Source: Candidatus Sumerlaeaceae bacterium
GTDB lineage: Bacteria; Sumerlaeota; Sumerlaeia; Sumerlaeales; Sumerlaeaceae
Length of the DNA stretch: 51,817 nucleotides
NCBI GenBank assembly: GCA_026419455.1
Contig: JANZZJ010000212.1
Coordinates: forward strand, 1-51,817
Reading direction: 5' to 3'
In this document: piece by piece, positions 37,022 to 46,728 of the stretch
How positions within the stretch are numbered: the stretch's first letter is position 1
Layout: each line of letters starts with the position of its first letter
Made by a program: the position numbers and the translations under genes
Notes under the pieces: model-generated
Told to the model about the DNA's origin: nothing
What the model saw: the letters and a program-made list of their open reading frames with translations, nothing else
Databases searched by the model: none

Positions 37022-38190
37022 GGTGGCAGCAACATTACACGGCGCTTTTTGAGGAAATTAAAGCGTATTTGTGTTGGCCGGCGAAAAAAATCAGCGACTA
37101 TCGCCAACATCCACTTGCGAATGACGCGGCCTTTTCCGATCTAGCGCTTCGGATTTTCGAATTCCAATTCCGTTACAACCGCTTTTATCGGCACTATGTG
37201 AAATTGCACAGTGCAACCGAGCCTTCATCTTGGCGCGAAATTCCTCCGCTTTGGACAACTGCTTTTAAAAGGGCTCGTATTGCCTGCTTCCCTAAATCGC
37301 ATCGGTGCGCCTATTTCCTTACGAGTGGTACCACAGAAAGCCAGGCGGGGGTACACGAGTTTCGAGACCTCGACCTTTATGAGTGCGGAGCCATGGCACT
37401 TTTCTGTTTAGCAACTCTTCCCGACTTGCCAAAAATTAAAATGTTTTTTCTCACTCCTGCTCCGCGCGAAGTCCCGCATAGCAGTTTAGTTTTCATGTTA
37501 GAATGTGCGCGGCAGAGCTTTGGGACTACGGGATCACGGTACTTTCTGAGTAATGATCAGCTAGATACGCATCAGTTTCTAAAGGCTCTCAGGAGAGCCT
37601 CTGAGGAATCCGAACCAGTATTTGTACTTGGGACATCTTTTGCCTTTGTTTACCTGCTAGATGCTCTCCGGTGCCATGGTATTCGTTTCGCGCTTCCGAA
37701 AGGAAGCCGTATCCTCGAAACAGGGGGATTTAAGGGCCGTGTGAGAGAAGTCCCCAAGGACAAACTTTATCACGAGCTCGAAGCTTGGTTGGGCATTTCT
37801 CGTCCGTATATTGTCAACGAATACGGTATGACCGAGCTCTCGTCGCAGTTTTACGATGCAGGATTGTCATTGACGGTTAGTGGGCACGCTTTTCCCCAAA
37901 ATTGGCTTTCTATGAAGATCGCACCGCCGTGGACGCGAGTAGTGATCGTAGACCCATGCAGCGGGGAGGAAGTCTTACCGGGTCATCGTGGTCTCATACG
38001 AATTTATGATCTTGCGAATCTAGGCAGCGTGGTGTCGATTCAGACCGAAGACGTCGGAGTGAAATGCCGCGAAGGGTTTGAAGTACTTGGTCGAATCGCA
38101 TCTGCTCCCGCTCGTGGCTGTTCGCTCGATGCGGAAAATTTGTTAGTAGGAGACTTGACCCATGCAGCTGTCCCCATTCGCCAAAATTGA
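37018..38190 (+). CDS. LuxE-like acyl-protein synthetase / adenylate-forming enzyme
   Basis: FLTSGTTESQAGVHEF, ILETGGFKGR, VNEYGMTELSSQFY, APPWTRVVIVDP and ARGCSL match LuxE-family blocks. Its start overlaps the dGTPase stop in ATGA. Confidence 0.6.
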   Translation: MRWQQHYTALFEEIKAYLCWPAKKISDYRQHPLANDAAFSDLALRIFEFQFRYNRFYRHYVKLHSATEPSSWREIPPLWTTAFKRARIACFPKSHRCAYFLTSGTTESQAGVHEFRDLDLYECGAMALFCLATLPDLPKIKMFFLTPAPREVPHSSLVFMLECARQSFGTTGSRYFLSNDQLDTHQFLKALRRASEESEPVFVLGTSFAFVYLLDALRCHGIRFALPKGSRILETGGFKGRVREVPKDKLYHELEAWLGISRPYIVNEYGMTELSSQFYDAGLSLTVSGHAFPQNWLSMKIAPPWTRVVIVDPCSGEEVLPGHRGLIRIYDLANLGSVVSIQTEDVGVKCREGFEVLGRIASAPARGCSLDAENLLVGDLTHAAVPIRQN

Positions 38191-39370
38191 AGCCGCCCCC
38201 CCTGATCCAATTCTCGGCCTCACGGAAGCCTTCAATGCCGACTCCAATCCCAACAAAGTCAACCTCGGCGTAGGTGTCTATCAAGACGAGACAGGCCGTG
38301 TACCTGTTCTTGCGACAGTTCGCGAAGCAGAGCGGCGGTGGCTTGAAAAGGAAGACTCCAAATCCTACCTACCGATCGACGGCGTGCCCGCTTACAACAA
38401 AGCTGTCCAAGGCCTGTTGTTTGGAACAAATGCACAAGTAATCGCCCAAGGACGGGCAGTGACTGTACAGGCACTCGGTGGAACAGGTGCTCTTCGCGTA
38501 GGGGCTGATTTTCTCAAGCGTTTTTTCCCTCAAGCCAAGGTTTGGATTAGTAACCCCTCTTGGGAAAACCACCGCGCTTTATTCGAGGCAGCTGGTTTTA
38601 TCGCAATGACTTATCCGTACTATGATCCAGTGACTCACGGACTCGATTTTGATGCAATGATGAACGCCATAAGAGAAATTCCGGATGGGGACATTTTGTT
38701 ACTCCATGCCTCTTGTCATAATCCTACCGGCGTGGATCTTTCGGAAGCGCAGTGGCATGAACTTGTGGCTGTCCTCTCCGCAAAGCAGATCATCCCTTTC
38801 CTAGACTTTGCTTATCAAGGATTCTATCGGGGAATCGAAGAAGACGCCTTCGCCGTCCGGCTTTTTGCCCAGTCGGGACTCGGATTTCTCGTGGCAAGTT
38901 CGTTTTCGAAGAACTTCTCCCTGTATCGTGAGCGCGTCGGAGCACTCACCATTGTTACGGGTGACGCCGAAGAGAGCAAACGCGTTCTTAGTCAGGTGAA
39001 AAGGGTAATCCGCACAAACTGGTCTAATCCTTCCTCTCATGGTGCGCAGGTTGTGGCTCTTGTGCTCAATGATCCTGAATTACGCCAACAGTGGATTCAG
39101 GAAGTGGCTCAAATGCGTGAGCGTATATGGAAAATGCGGCGGCTTTTCGTGGAAAAGCTTCGTGAAAAAGGTGTCGGACGCGACTTCGGCTTTATCGAGC
39201 GTCAGAATGGGATGTTTTCCTTCTCTGGTCTAGAGCCGGAAGTTGTAGATCGGCTGCGTGCTGAGTTCAGCCTCTACATCGTTCGAAGCGGCCGAATCTG
39301 TATTGCGGCCATGAACGAACGCAATATTGATTACATCTGCCAGGCTATTGCGAAGGTATTAAGAAGTTAG
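38162..39370 (+). CDS. aspC: Aspartate/aromatic amino acid aminotransferase (class I, AspC/TyrB type)
   Basis: It resembles E. coli AspC along its whole length (APPDPILGL, NLGVGVYQDETGRVPVL, GGTGALRV, NPSWENH, CHNPTG, FDFAYQGF, and the PLP-lysine context SFSKNFSLYRERVG). AGGAG lies 9 nt upstream of the ATG. Confidence 0.92.
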   Translation: MQLSPFAKIEAAPPDPILGLTEAFNADSNPNKVNLGVGVYQDETGRVPVLATVREAERRWLEKEDSKSYLPIDGVPAYNKAVQGLLFGTNAQVIAQGRAVTVQALGGTGALRVGADFLKRFFPQAKVWISNPSWENHRALFEAAGFIAMTYPYYDPVTHGLDFDAMMNAIREIPDGDILLLHASCHNPTGVDLSEAQWHELVAVLSAKQIIPFLDFAYQGFYRGIEEDAFAVRLFAQSGLGFLVASSFSKNFSLYRERVGALTIVTGDAEESKRVLSQVKRVIRTNWSNPSSHGAQVVALVLNDPELRQQWIQEVAQMRERIWKMRRLFVEKLREKGVGRDFGFIERQNGMFSFSGLEPEVVDRLRAEFSLYIVRSGRICIAAMNERNIDYICQAIAKVLRS

Positions 39371-39385
39371 CGCCATGACCGCTTC

Positions 39386-42300
39386 GTGGGAGCTGTGTGG
39401 CCGGACATGGTGGGAGGCTGCGGCAATGCGATGACATGGGATGATGCGCTTTCGGTAGCTCTCATGCGTTTGCGGTCCGAGGAAGAGCGCGCTTGTGTCG
39501 AACGAAGCATTAAGAGTCTCAGGACGCATTTCCAGGATTGTACTGCTTCTGACGAGGTGATGCTCGTTGGCCTCATTCGGGCCATGCTTGATTCACCCCA
39601 CCCTGCGGGAGCAATCAGTCTGTTGGAAAGGTTCTTCGGAGAAGTTCAGTCCATATCCGACTTTTGTCGACGGCTCCGCGACGTCCCACAATCCGTGAGC
39701 GTGTTGGTCGCAGTGTTCGGATATTCTGAGTTCTTGTCTAACGTGCTGATACGTCATCCACATCTTCTGTGGTGGCTTGTTGAACCTGCTCAGCTTAACA
39801 AAGGTTATTCACGAGAGGAAATCCGTCAGAGTGCTTTGGAAGTTTCTGCTAAGGCAGATACAACCGAGAGATGCCAAGAGGCGTTGTGCCGTTGGAAGTA
39901 CGAGCAACTCTTGCGCATAGGCGTAAGAGATGTACTGCGCCTGGCCAACGTTGAGGAGGTGACTCGTGAGCTTTCAGATGTCGCTCATGTGTGCATTGAA
40001 ATCGCCAGTGACCAAGCCTGGCAGGAGCTTGTCGCACGTTATGGAGTTCCCACTTCGGAGACGTCCTTCGGAGGAACTCGCGAAAGTGGAATGTGTGTGC
40101 TGGGGATGGGGAAACTAGGCGGGCGGGAGCTAAATTTCTGCTCGGATATTGATCTCGTGTTTATTTACGACGACGAGGGCGATACGACTGGAAAAACGCC
40201 CGACGGGCAAACGGCGCGACGTATAACCAATCATGAATTTTTTAACAAGATGGGGGAGCGTATTGTCAAATTTCTCTCCGCACGGGGGCCTTACGGACAG
40301 CTTTTCCGGGTGGACATGCGGCTACGGCCCGAAGGTAAAAGTGGACCACTGGCTCGCTCGTTGGAGTCATTTATCAATTACCTCGAGCAGCAAGCTCGAG
40401 AGTGGGAGCGTGTGGCGTATCTCAAAGCTCGCGTGCTCACTGGCCCTGCGCCGCTGAGGGCACGACTCTACCAAGTGATTCAACGTTTCGTATTCGACAA
40501 AGCTGATCCCGCTCGCCTCACGAGTGAAATCGAGAAACTCAAACTTATGATAGACAGGGAGGTGCTCCTTAGTGACACGTACTACCGCGAGGTTAAACGC
40601 GGTTATGGCGGAATTCGAGAAATCGAATTTATCATTGCCGCCATGCAAATAATTTATGGTCAGCTTCATGAAGCACTACGTGTACGGAATATTTTTCTGG
40701 CCATCGATCGGCTAGCTGATGTGAACATCCTGTCGCGCGACGAGGCGGATTTCTACCATCGTGCCTATGCCTTCCTGCGTTGCGTGGAACATCGACTGCA
40801 GATGGCGAGTGAGCATCAGACACACACCCTTCCCTCAAGTCCGGCTGAGCTTGAAGTTCTTGCTCGCCGCTGTCATTACTCTTCCTTGGAAGAGTTCCAG
40901 CAAACCTACAAAACATTAACCGATGGCGTACACCAACGATTTAAGGACTTCTTTCAGCGCGACATCGAACGTGAAGCTCAGGAACTCCAAGATGTTCTAG
41001 TGCTACTGGATGACGATGCGACGCCGGATGAGGCCTTGCCCGTTCTAGCTCGATATGGGATTGGTTCCGAGCGGTCATGGCGCTTGATTCGTGATCTTGC
41101 CTTTGGCACACGCGAAGTCTTCATTACTGCCCAGGGTCAACAGTACTTTGAGCAAATGCTCCCGTCACTCCTGCGTATGATTGCTCAAGCCCCCCTCCCT
41201 GACCGCGTGCTCCCTAATTTACATTCGTTCATGCTCGCAGTCGGAGGCATAACTTATTATTACGAACTGATATCGTTTCACCCAGAAGTTTTACGTCTGC
41301 TAGTAATGCTGTTCGGCACCAGTGATGATTTTTCTCAGGTGTTTTGCTCTCATCCGGAGTTCTTTGACACAATTTTAGGAACGCGCCTTCTTCACGACAC
41401 TAGCGACATGACGAAAGTGGCAGAACGCATGCTGGAGGCAATAGGGGAGAGAGGTGCATGGGAGCATAGGCTGGTTGCGCTGAGACGAGCTACCAAATTT
41501 GAACAGCTTATCGTTGCGCTTCGTTATATTACAGGACTCGCGGATTTGGGGGAAGTTCTGCAGCAGTTGTCTATTGTGGCGGACGTAGCTCTGCGTTTCG
41601 CTTACGTGTTGGCTTGGGAGCGATTTGTCGAAAAATTGGGAATAGGCCATGCTCCGCCAATTCAGACGCTCGTTCTCGGCGAGGAAAACTATACGGATTG
41701 TCCTGTCACGATTGTGGCTTTCGGCAAATATGGCGGGCGCGAGTTAAACTTTTTTGGGGATCTTGACATTGCCTACGTGTGGGATGATCGGCCCAACAGC
41801 CCCTCGCGCTGCTTTGTTCAGTCGCACGAACGCGCCTTGCAATTTGTTGATCAATTTGTTTACTGCGTAACAGAGAATCTTCGCGAAGGACGACTTTATG
41901 TGCTCGATGCGCGCTTGCGCCCGCATGGTCGCAACGCTCCACTCGTTACTCCATTCTCCCACTACCTCAACTACATGGCTAAGGTGGCTGATGTTTGGGA
42001 GCTGCTGGCTTTTACACGTGCCCGATGTGTGGCAGGCGACAGCGAAATCATCACTCGGCTGACTGAAGCAGCGCTGACGCGCCAGCAGGGATTTTCTCAA
42101 GAGGAGACTCGACAAAAGGTTGTTGAGATGCGCGCTAGGCTTGCACACTCCGTTTCCCCAGCCGATCGGGAACGCATTGAATTCAAACGGAGCGAGGGCG
42201 GCTTAGCTGATATTGAGTTCCTTCTCCAGTATTGGCTAGTGTGTGGGGCGATTCCTAAAACGGCCACATCTCACGCCTCTTATTTCCGTCTCTTTGCTGA

Positions 42301-42553
42301 GTTGGAGGAAGGCCTGCCGTGTAGCCTGAGCCAGTGGGGCACCATGAAAGACGCTTACTATTTTCTGCGGAAAGTCGAGACTGCTGTTCGACTAATTTCG
42401 AGAGAAAAGGTCGCGCGCCTATCAACTGATGAAGCCATTAACCGTGGGATCGCCCGCTTCATGGGGATTAGCAGTGCTGATGAGTTGAATAACAGACTCC
42501 AACAGGTGATGCGCGCTGTGAGGGCAACTTTTCTTCAACTCATGGAAGGCTGA
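39386..42553 (+). CDS. glnE: Bifunctional glutamine synthetase adenylyltransferase / adenylyl-removing enzyme
   Basis: Two nucleotidyltransferase modules are present (GKLGGRELNFCSDIDLVF and GKYGGRELNFFGDLDIAYVW), each followed by a GlnE-type helical domain. The start is uncertain (GTG 39386, ATG 39407 or ATG 39431). Confidence 0.92.
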   Translation: MGAVWPDMVGGCGNAMTWDDALSVALMRLRSEEERACVERSIKSLRTHFQDCTASDEVMLVGLIRAMLDSPHPAGAISLLERFFGEVQSISDFCRRLRDVPQSVSVLVAVFGYSEFLSNVLIRHPHLLWWLVEPAQLNKGYSREEIRQSALEVSAKADTTERCQEALCRWKYEQLLRIGVRDVLRLANVEEVTRELSDVAHVCIEIASDQAWQELVARYGVPTSETSFGGTRESGMCVLGMGKLGGRELNFCSDIDLVFIYDDEGDTTGKTPDGQTARRITNHEFFNKMGERIVKFLSARGPYGQLFRVDMRLRPEGKSGPLARSLESFINYLEQQAREWERVAYLKARVLTGPAPLRARLYQVIQRFVFDKADPARLTSEIEKLKLMIDREVLLSDTYYREVKRGYGGIREIEFIIAAMQIIYGQLHEALRVRNIFLAIDRLADVNILSRDEADFYHRAYAFLRCVEHRLQMASEHQTHTLPSSPAELEVLARRCHYSSLEEFQQTYKTLTDGVHQRFKDFFQRDIEREAQELQDVLVLLDDDATPDEALPVLARYGIGSERSWRLIRDLAFGTREVFITAQGQQYFEQMLPSLLRMIAQAPLPDRVLPNLHSFMLAVGGITYYYELISFHPEVLRLLVMLFGTSDDFSQVFCSHPEFFDTILGTRLLHDTSDMTKVAERMLEAIGERGAWEHRLVALRRATKFEQLIVALRYITGLADLGEVLQQLSIVADVALRFAYVLAWERFVEKLGIGHAPPIQTLVLGEENYTDCPVTIVAFGKYGGRELNFFGDLDIAYVWDDRPNSPSRCFVQSHERALQFVDQFVYCVTENLREGRLYVLDARLRPHGRNAPLVTPFSHYLNYMAKVADVWELLAFTRARCVAGDSEIITRLTEAALTRQQGFSQEETRQKVVEMRARLAHSVSPADRERIEFKRSEGGLADIEFLLQYWLVCGAIPKTATSHASYFRLFAELEEGLPCSLSQWGTMKDAYYFLRKVETAVRLISREKVARLSTDEAINRGIARFMGISSADELNNRLQQVMRAVRATFLQLMEG

Positions 42554-42614
42554 CCTTAAGCCCGTGTTTTAAAAATACTTGCCAAGATTCATTCGGTTGA
42601 CACGAAATTTACCT

Positions 42615-43322
42615 ATGCATCAGGAAAGAATAATTTACAGCGAGTTTGTCTTACGTCGACTTCATTCCCTGACCGGGCTCGTTCCTCTAACCTTTTTTAT
42701 ATTTTTTCATCTGTTTGCTAATTCTTTTTCCACCAAGGGGGAGGATGCTTTCAATGCGACGGTGGCAAGCCTACGTGGTTTGCCTTATCTTCATGCCATC
42801 GAGTGGGGTGCCCTTTTTGCACCATTTCTTTTCCACATGATTTATGGGGTTCTCATTATCTTGAGCGGCGCGCCCAACCCCATTCGCTATAAGTATCCTC
42901 GCAACTGGGCATACGTAGCACAGCGTGTTACCGCGGTAGTTGTATTTGCTTTCGTGCTCTACCACGTCATTAGCTTACGTTTCATGGACTACAGAGCCAT
43001 CGATGAAACTGGGAAACTTAATTTCTATCAACTTTTGCATCGGGAATTTCAGAAGCCGCTCATCTACTGGTGGTATGTGCTTGGAATTGCGTGTACCTCA
43101 TTCCATGTGGCAAATGGTTTCTGTACGTTCTGTATGACCTGGGGCATCACTGTTGGGCGGAAATCCCAGCGAAATCTTGCGGTGGCAATGACTATCGTCG
43201 GGTTCCTTCTTTTCGGTATGGGCGTTACGGCTATTCACGGTTTTCTTAATTCCCCACAACCGGATAGGGCACAGCGCGTCGAGCTCTTTGTTAACGGCAG
43301 TACTGCGAGCGCAGAACAATAG
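42615..43322 (+). CDS. sdhC: Succinate dehydrogenase/fumarate reductase cytochrome b subunit, b558 family
   Basis: It resembles Bacillus-type SdhC (RRLHSLTGLVPLTFFIFFHL, NWAYVAQRVTAVV, SFHVANGFCTFCMTWGITV..RKSQR). I prefer ATG 42615 over the track's TTG 42579. Confidence 0.8.
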   Translation: MHQERIIYSEFVLRRLHSLTGLVPLTFFIFFHLFANSFSTKGEDAFNATVASLRGLPYLHAIEWGALFAPFLFHMIYGVLIILSGAPNPIRYKYPRNWAYVAQRVTAVVVFAFVLYHVISLRFMDYRAIDETGKLNFYQLLHREFQKPLIYWWYVLGIACTSFHVANGFCTFCMTWGITVGRKSQRNLAVAMTIVGFLLFGMGVTAIHGFLNSPQPDRAQRVELFVNGSTASAEQ

Positions 43323-43401
43323 TCTTTCTTAGACCATAAGCAAAGCGGCAGGATCTGCAGTTTGCATTTAACGCAAGTTTGCGGGTGCTATGGCAGCAAA
43401 C

Positions 43402-43731
43402 CTACTCACGTGCCATTTCTACACTACGGACTTCAGGTACTTCTTCGATAATCCGAGCTTCCACACCCATTTTCAGCGTGTAAATGGAGCTGGGGCATCC
43501 ACAACAGGCTCCCTGCAGGCGAACATAGACTACCGCATCTTCCACGTCCACAAGCTCGATGTCGCCGCCGTCGGCCTGCAAGTACGGACGTAATTGAGCA
43601 ATAATCGGCTCGACTCGCTCGCGAATGCTCTCGTCAAGGTTCGTTGTGGGGGAAGTTGCGGGTTTCTCCTCACCAAATTCACCTTGTTGGCTTTGCTTTC
43701 CCTGTTCGGGCTTACGACCAAAAATTGCCAT
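43402..43731 (-). CDS. NifU C-terminal domain (Nfu-type) Fe-S scaffold protein
   Basis: Motifs are LRPYLQADGGDIELVDVED..VYVRLQGACCGCPSS. AAGGAG lies upstream of the ATG. Confidence 0.8.
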   Translation of the reverse strand: MAIFGRKPEQGKQSQQGEFGEEKPATSPTTNLDESIRERVEPIIAQLRPYLQADGGDIELVDVEDAVVYVRLQGACCGCPSSIYTLKMGVEARIIEEVPEVRSVEMARE

Positions 43732-43777
43732 CCTGTGCTCCTTTGCGTTTCAGCTAAACTAAGTCTGACAGCAGTTG

Positions 43778-44908
43778 CTATTCACCTAAGACCTTGCGGT
43801 AAACTTTTTTCACCAGGTTGGTCATACGTTGTGCGGAGAAGAGCGCAGCTGCCCGACGTTGCGCTGCTTCACCGAAAGTGCTGCGCAAGCTTTCATCGCC
43901 CAATAGACGGTTTAGAGCGGAAGCCAGGGCCGACGGGTCTGCCGGTGGCACCACAAATCCCGTTTCGCCATGTTGGTTCACAAATGGCACCCCAGTATCG
44001 AGCGCTGTACTGACCACTGGGACTCCGCAAGCCATAGCTTCAATCTGACAGATGCCAAACGCTTCGCTTCGCAGATGTGAGGGCAGGCAAAAGACGTCCG
44101 CGGCATGAAAGTACGGCAAGACGTCAGAGTCATCGAGTTCCCCGACAAAATGAACTCGTTCTTCGACCCTTGCCTGCGCTGCCTTCTCGTGCAGAAAGCC
44201 CTCTTCCGGCCCAGAGCCCACTATAACCAATTGCGCTTCTACGCTGCGCATGGCTTCGATCAGGAAATGGAGCCCTTTGTAATAACGAAGGCGTCCGACG
44301 AAAAGGACAATAGGCGCTCCTATTTTGCTTTTGATCTGTTGCGCTTGTGCCAGCATAGCCGGTGACGGCGAGAAACGTTCGATCTCAATTCCTAATGGGA
44401 CGATCTCGCATTTATCCCTGAAACGCCGAAGCCATACCGAACTAGCCATATAGTTTGGCGAAGTCGGCATAATCACCGCCGCCCGGCTCATCATAAAACG
44501 CTGAAGAAACCCATATATGAGCATTGCCGCACGCTGGCGCACGATATCGCTGTGATAAGTTATGACGAAAGGCCTTCCATGTCCAGCCAACAGATAGGCC
44601 AGATCTCCTGTTGGGTTAGGATGATGAAAATGCAAGATGTCCGCGTGCCGTGCTTCGTGGGAGAGTGCGCGAATGAACGCGGGAGCAACGGGCGCACTCC
44701 AGACGCGTCCCCATTCCGCCACGCGGACGACCCGAACTCCGTCAATTGTCTCTTCGCCAGTGCAGGAAGGCCCCGCGCACACGAGAACGCTTACGTCGAA
44801 CTCATCGAGACAGCCGCGAGCCATAAGGTTTATCGTATTTTCAATACCTCCACGTACCGGGGGATAGTAATCCTTGTAGATGTGCAGGATTCTGGGCCGC
44901 CATCTCAT
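43778..44908 (-). CDS. Family 4 glycosyltransferase
   Basis: Motifs are PSHLRSEAFGICQIEAMACGVPVVSTALDTGVPFVNQHGETGFVV. I chose ATG 44908 (MRWRPRILHIY) because it overlaps the upstream GT4 stop in ATGA. Confidence 0.8.
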   Translation of the reverse strand: MRWRPRILHIYKDYYPPVRGGIENTINLMARGCLDEFDVSVLVCAGPSCTGEETIDGVRVVRVAEWGRVWSAPVAPAFIRALSHEARHADILHFHHPNPTGDLAYLLAGHGRPFVITYHSDIVRQRAAMLIYGFLQRFMMSRAAVIMPTSPNYMASSVWLRRFRDKCEIVPLGIEIERFSPSPAMLAQAQQIKSKIGAPIVLFVGRLRYYKGLHFLIEAMRSVEAQLVIVGSGPEEGFLHEKAAQARVEERVHFVGELDDSDVLPYFHAADVFCLPSHLRSEAFGICQIEAMACGVPVVSTALDTGVPFVNQHGETGFVVPPADPSALASALNRLLGDESLRSTFGEAAQRRAAALFSAQRMTNLVKKVYRKVLGE

Positions 44909-46053
44909 GATACTTGGCTCCTTCCTCCTCCACTCGGACTCAGAGCTTGCTCGTAAACTTCGAGGATTTCTTTGATCCACCTGTCGTGACTATGAAACTC
45001 TCGCACGCGCTGGAGCGCATTAGCAGCGAGTCCTCGAGACAAAGCTTGATTGCGAAGTAGCTCGCAAATGGCGCCTGCAAGCGCCTCGGGTTCAGCGGGT
45101 GGCACAAGTAAGCCGGTTTGTCTGTTGTCGATAATTTCAGGAAGGCATCCTACAGTTGTGGCAACGAGAGGCACCCCACTGGCCATGCTCTCGTATGCTA
45201 TTCGGCTGGATCCTTCGCTTCCCAGCGATGCAACGACGCTGATATCGAGTGAAGCGAGCACAGCAGGGACGTTGGGTAACCATTCACGCACGACTACACA
45301 ATGCTCGATGCCAAGGTCTTTTGCTAGGTTCGCGATGGCCTCGAATTTTAGCGCCGAACCACGCCCTGCAATGAGAAAGCGAGTGTTGGGAAATAGTTTG
45401 TTGACGAGGCGAGCAGCTCGTAGAAACACCTTTTGCCCCTTCACATTCTGTATCCGCGCAATGAGGCCAATGAGCTTATCGTCAGCCGATACCCCGAATT
45501 CCTGCCGAATGCTTTCGGAGCGATGCTCGGGAGAAAATTTCCTGCAATCCACAGCTGAGTAGATGATCCTAAGCCTATCTCCCAGGTGTTCTCCAATGCT
45601 TCCCAGGCTTGCGGCGGCAGCTCTAGAAACTGCGATGGTGCGGCAAGTTACCTGGCTCATCAGCCATTTATTAGCGAGGTGCTGAGCCATGGGGACGACT
45701 ACGTGCCTCGTGCGTATAATCGGCGGGAATTGAGAGAAAGACAATAATTTTGCAAAAGCTGCTATCCAATGATCCTTTCCACGGTGACAATGAACGATGT
45801 CTGCCTTCCACTCGCGGACGATCTTTTTTAATTTAATTACATCCGCGCAATCGCGTCGTAGCGAAAATTCACTCGAAAACGTCAGGGCCTTGGCGGGTAA
45901 ATTCATCTCGTGCGCGATTCTTTGGACTTCGTGACCGTCCCGGAGTATTAATAGCGCATCATGCCCCCGTGCTTTGAGCTCGCGTGTCAGATCAAGGCAA
46001 TGGGCTGCTTCCCCAATAAATTTGCGCGCACTATTGAGTATGAGAACTCTCAT
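44905..46053 (-). CDS. Family 4 glycosyltransferase
   Basis: It starts MRVLILNS, and a later block is EGSSRIAYESMASGVPLVATTVGCLPEIIDNRQTGLLV. Confidence 0.8.
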   Translation of the reverse strand: MRVLILNSARKFIGEAAHCLDLTRELKARGHDALLILRDGHEVQRIAHEMNLPAKALTFSSEFSLRRDCADVIKLKKIVREWKADIVHCHRGKDHWIAAFAKLLSFSQFPPIIRTRHVVVPMAQHLANKWLMSQVTCRTIAVSRAAAASLGSIGEHLGDRLRIIYSAVDCRKFSPEHRSESIRQEFGVSADDKLIGLIARIQNVKGQKVFLRAARLVNKLFPNTRFLIAGRGSALKFEAIANLAKDLGIEHCVVVREWLPNVPAVLASLDISVVASLGSEGSSRIAYESMASGVPLVATTVGCLPEIIDNRQTGLLVPPAEPEALAGAICELLRNQALSRGLAANALQRVREFHSHDRWIKEILEVYEQALSPSGGGRSQVS

Positions 46054-46194
46054 TGGGCACAGTTCTCAAAATACAGGTCACCATTGGTCCACATCATGAC
46101 TAACAACTTCGAGCATGCTCAATCACAAGCTTGCAACGATGATTCGTTTCAGTTTCTCTGTGTGCACCAAAATGAGGAGGAAAAAGAATTCGCC

Positions 46195-46728
46195 ATGGAC
46201 GTGGAAATTATCCGAGGGAATATCGTCGAGACTCAAGTGGATGCAATTGTCAACGCGGCCAACACGGACCTAATTTTAGGAGCTGGCGTTGCCGGTGCCA
46301 TACGTCGTGCTGGCGGACCCACTATTCAGGAGGAGTGCAACAATCTTGCCCCGATCGCCGTTGGCGAAGTAGCTGTCACTAGCGCCGGGAATCTCCCCCA
46401 TCGTTATGTGATTCACGCTGCGACGATGACCCTGCAGAACCCGCGAACTACCGCGGACATAATAGCCGCTTGCACGCGCCATGCGTTAGAGCGGGCCGAC
46501 GAACTCGGTTGTGAAAGCATGGCATTTCCTGCATTAGGGACCGGCGTTGCCGGATTGTCTCTCGAGGACTGCGCGCAAGCGATGCTAGGAACAGTTTTTC
46601 ATGCAAGAGCAAACAGAACATGGAGTTCCCTGCGCCGGGTGATCTTCGTGTTGTTCGATGAAGAAGGCGAACGAATCTTCAGGCAGAAAATGCTGAGGCT
46701 CCAGCAGGGTGAAGGCACAGCCAGCTAA
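46195..46728 (+). CDS. Macro domain protein (ADP-ribose / O-acetyl-ADP-ribose hydrolase-like)
   Basis: Motifs are VDAIVNAANTDLILGAGVAGAIRRAGG..VIHAATM..FPALGTGVAG. I prefer ATG 46195 (GAGGAGG upstream) because the longer track ORF from 45961 overlaps the divergent GT4 gene. Confidence 0.85.
   Translation: MDVEIIRGNIVETQVDAIVNAANTDLILGAGVAGAIRRAGGPTIQEECNNLAPIAVGEVAVTSAGNLPHRYVIHAATMTLQNPRTTADIIAACTRHALERADELGCESMAFPALGTGVAGLSLEDCAQAMLGTVFHARANRTWSSLRRVIFVLFDEEGERIFRQKMLRLQQGEGTAS

Noticed and set aside
43323-43401. An imperfect hairpin (GCAAAGCGGCAG..CTGCAGTTTGC) between the convergent sdhC and nfu genes, considered as a bidirectional terminator.
   Set aside because: The stem is interrupted and there is no flanking T or A run, which is too weak to call.
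45961-46194. The N-terminal 78-aa extension of the macro-domain ORF given in the track.
   Set aside because: It overlaps the divergent GT4 gene start and precedes the conserved macro fold. ATG 46195 with GAGGAGG upstream gives a typical-length protein.
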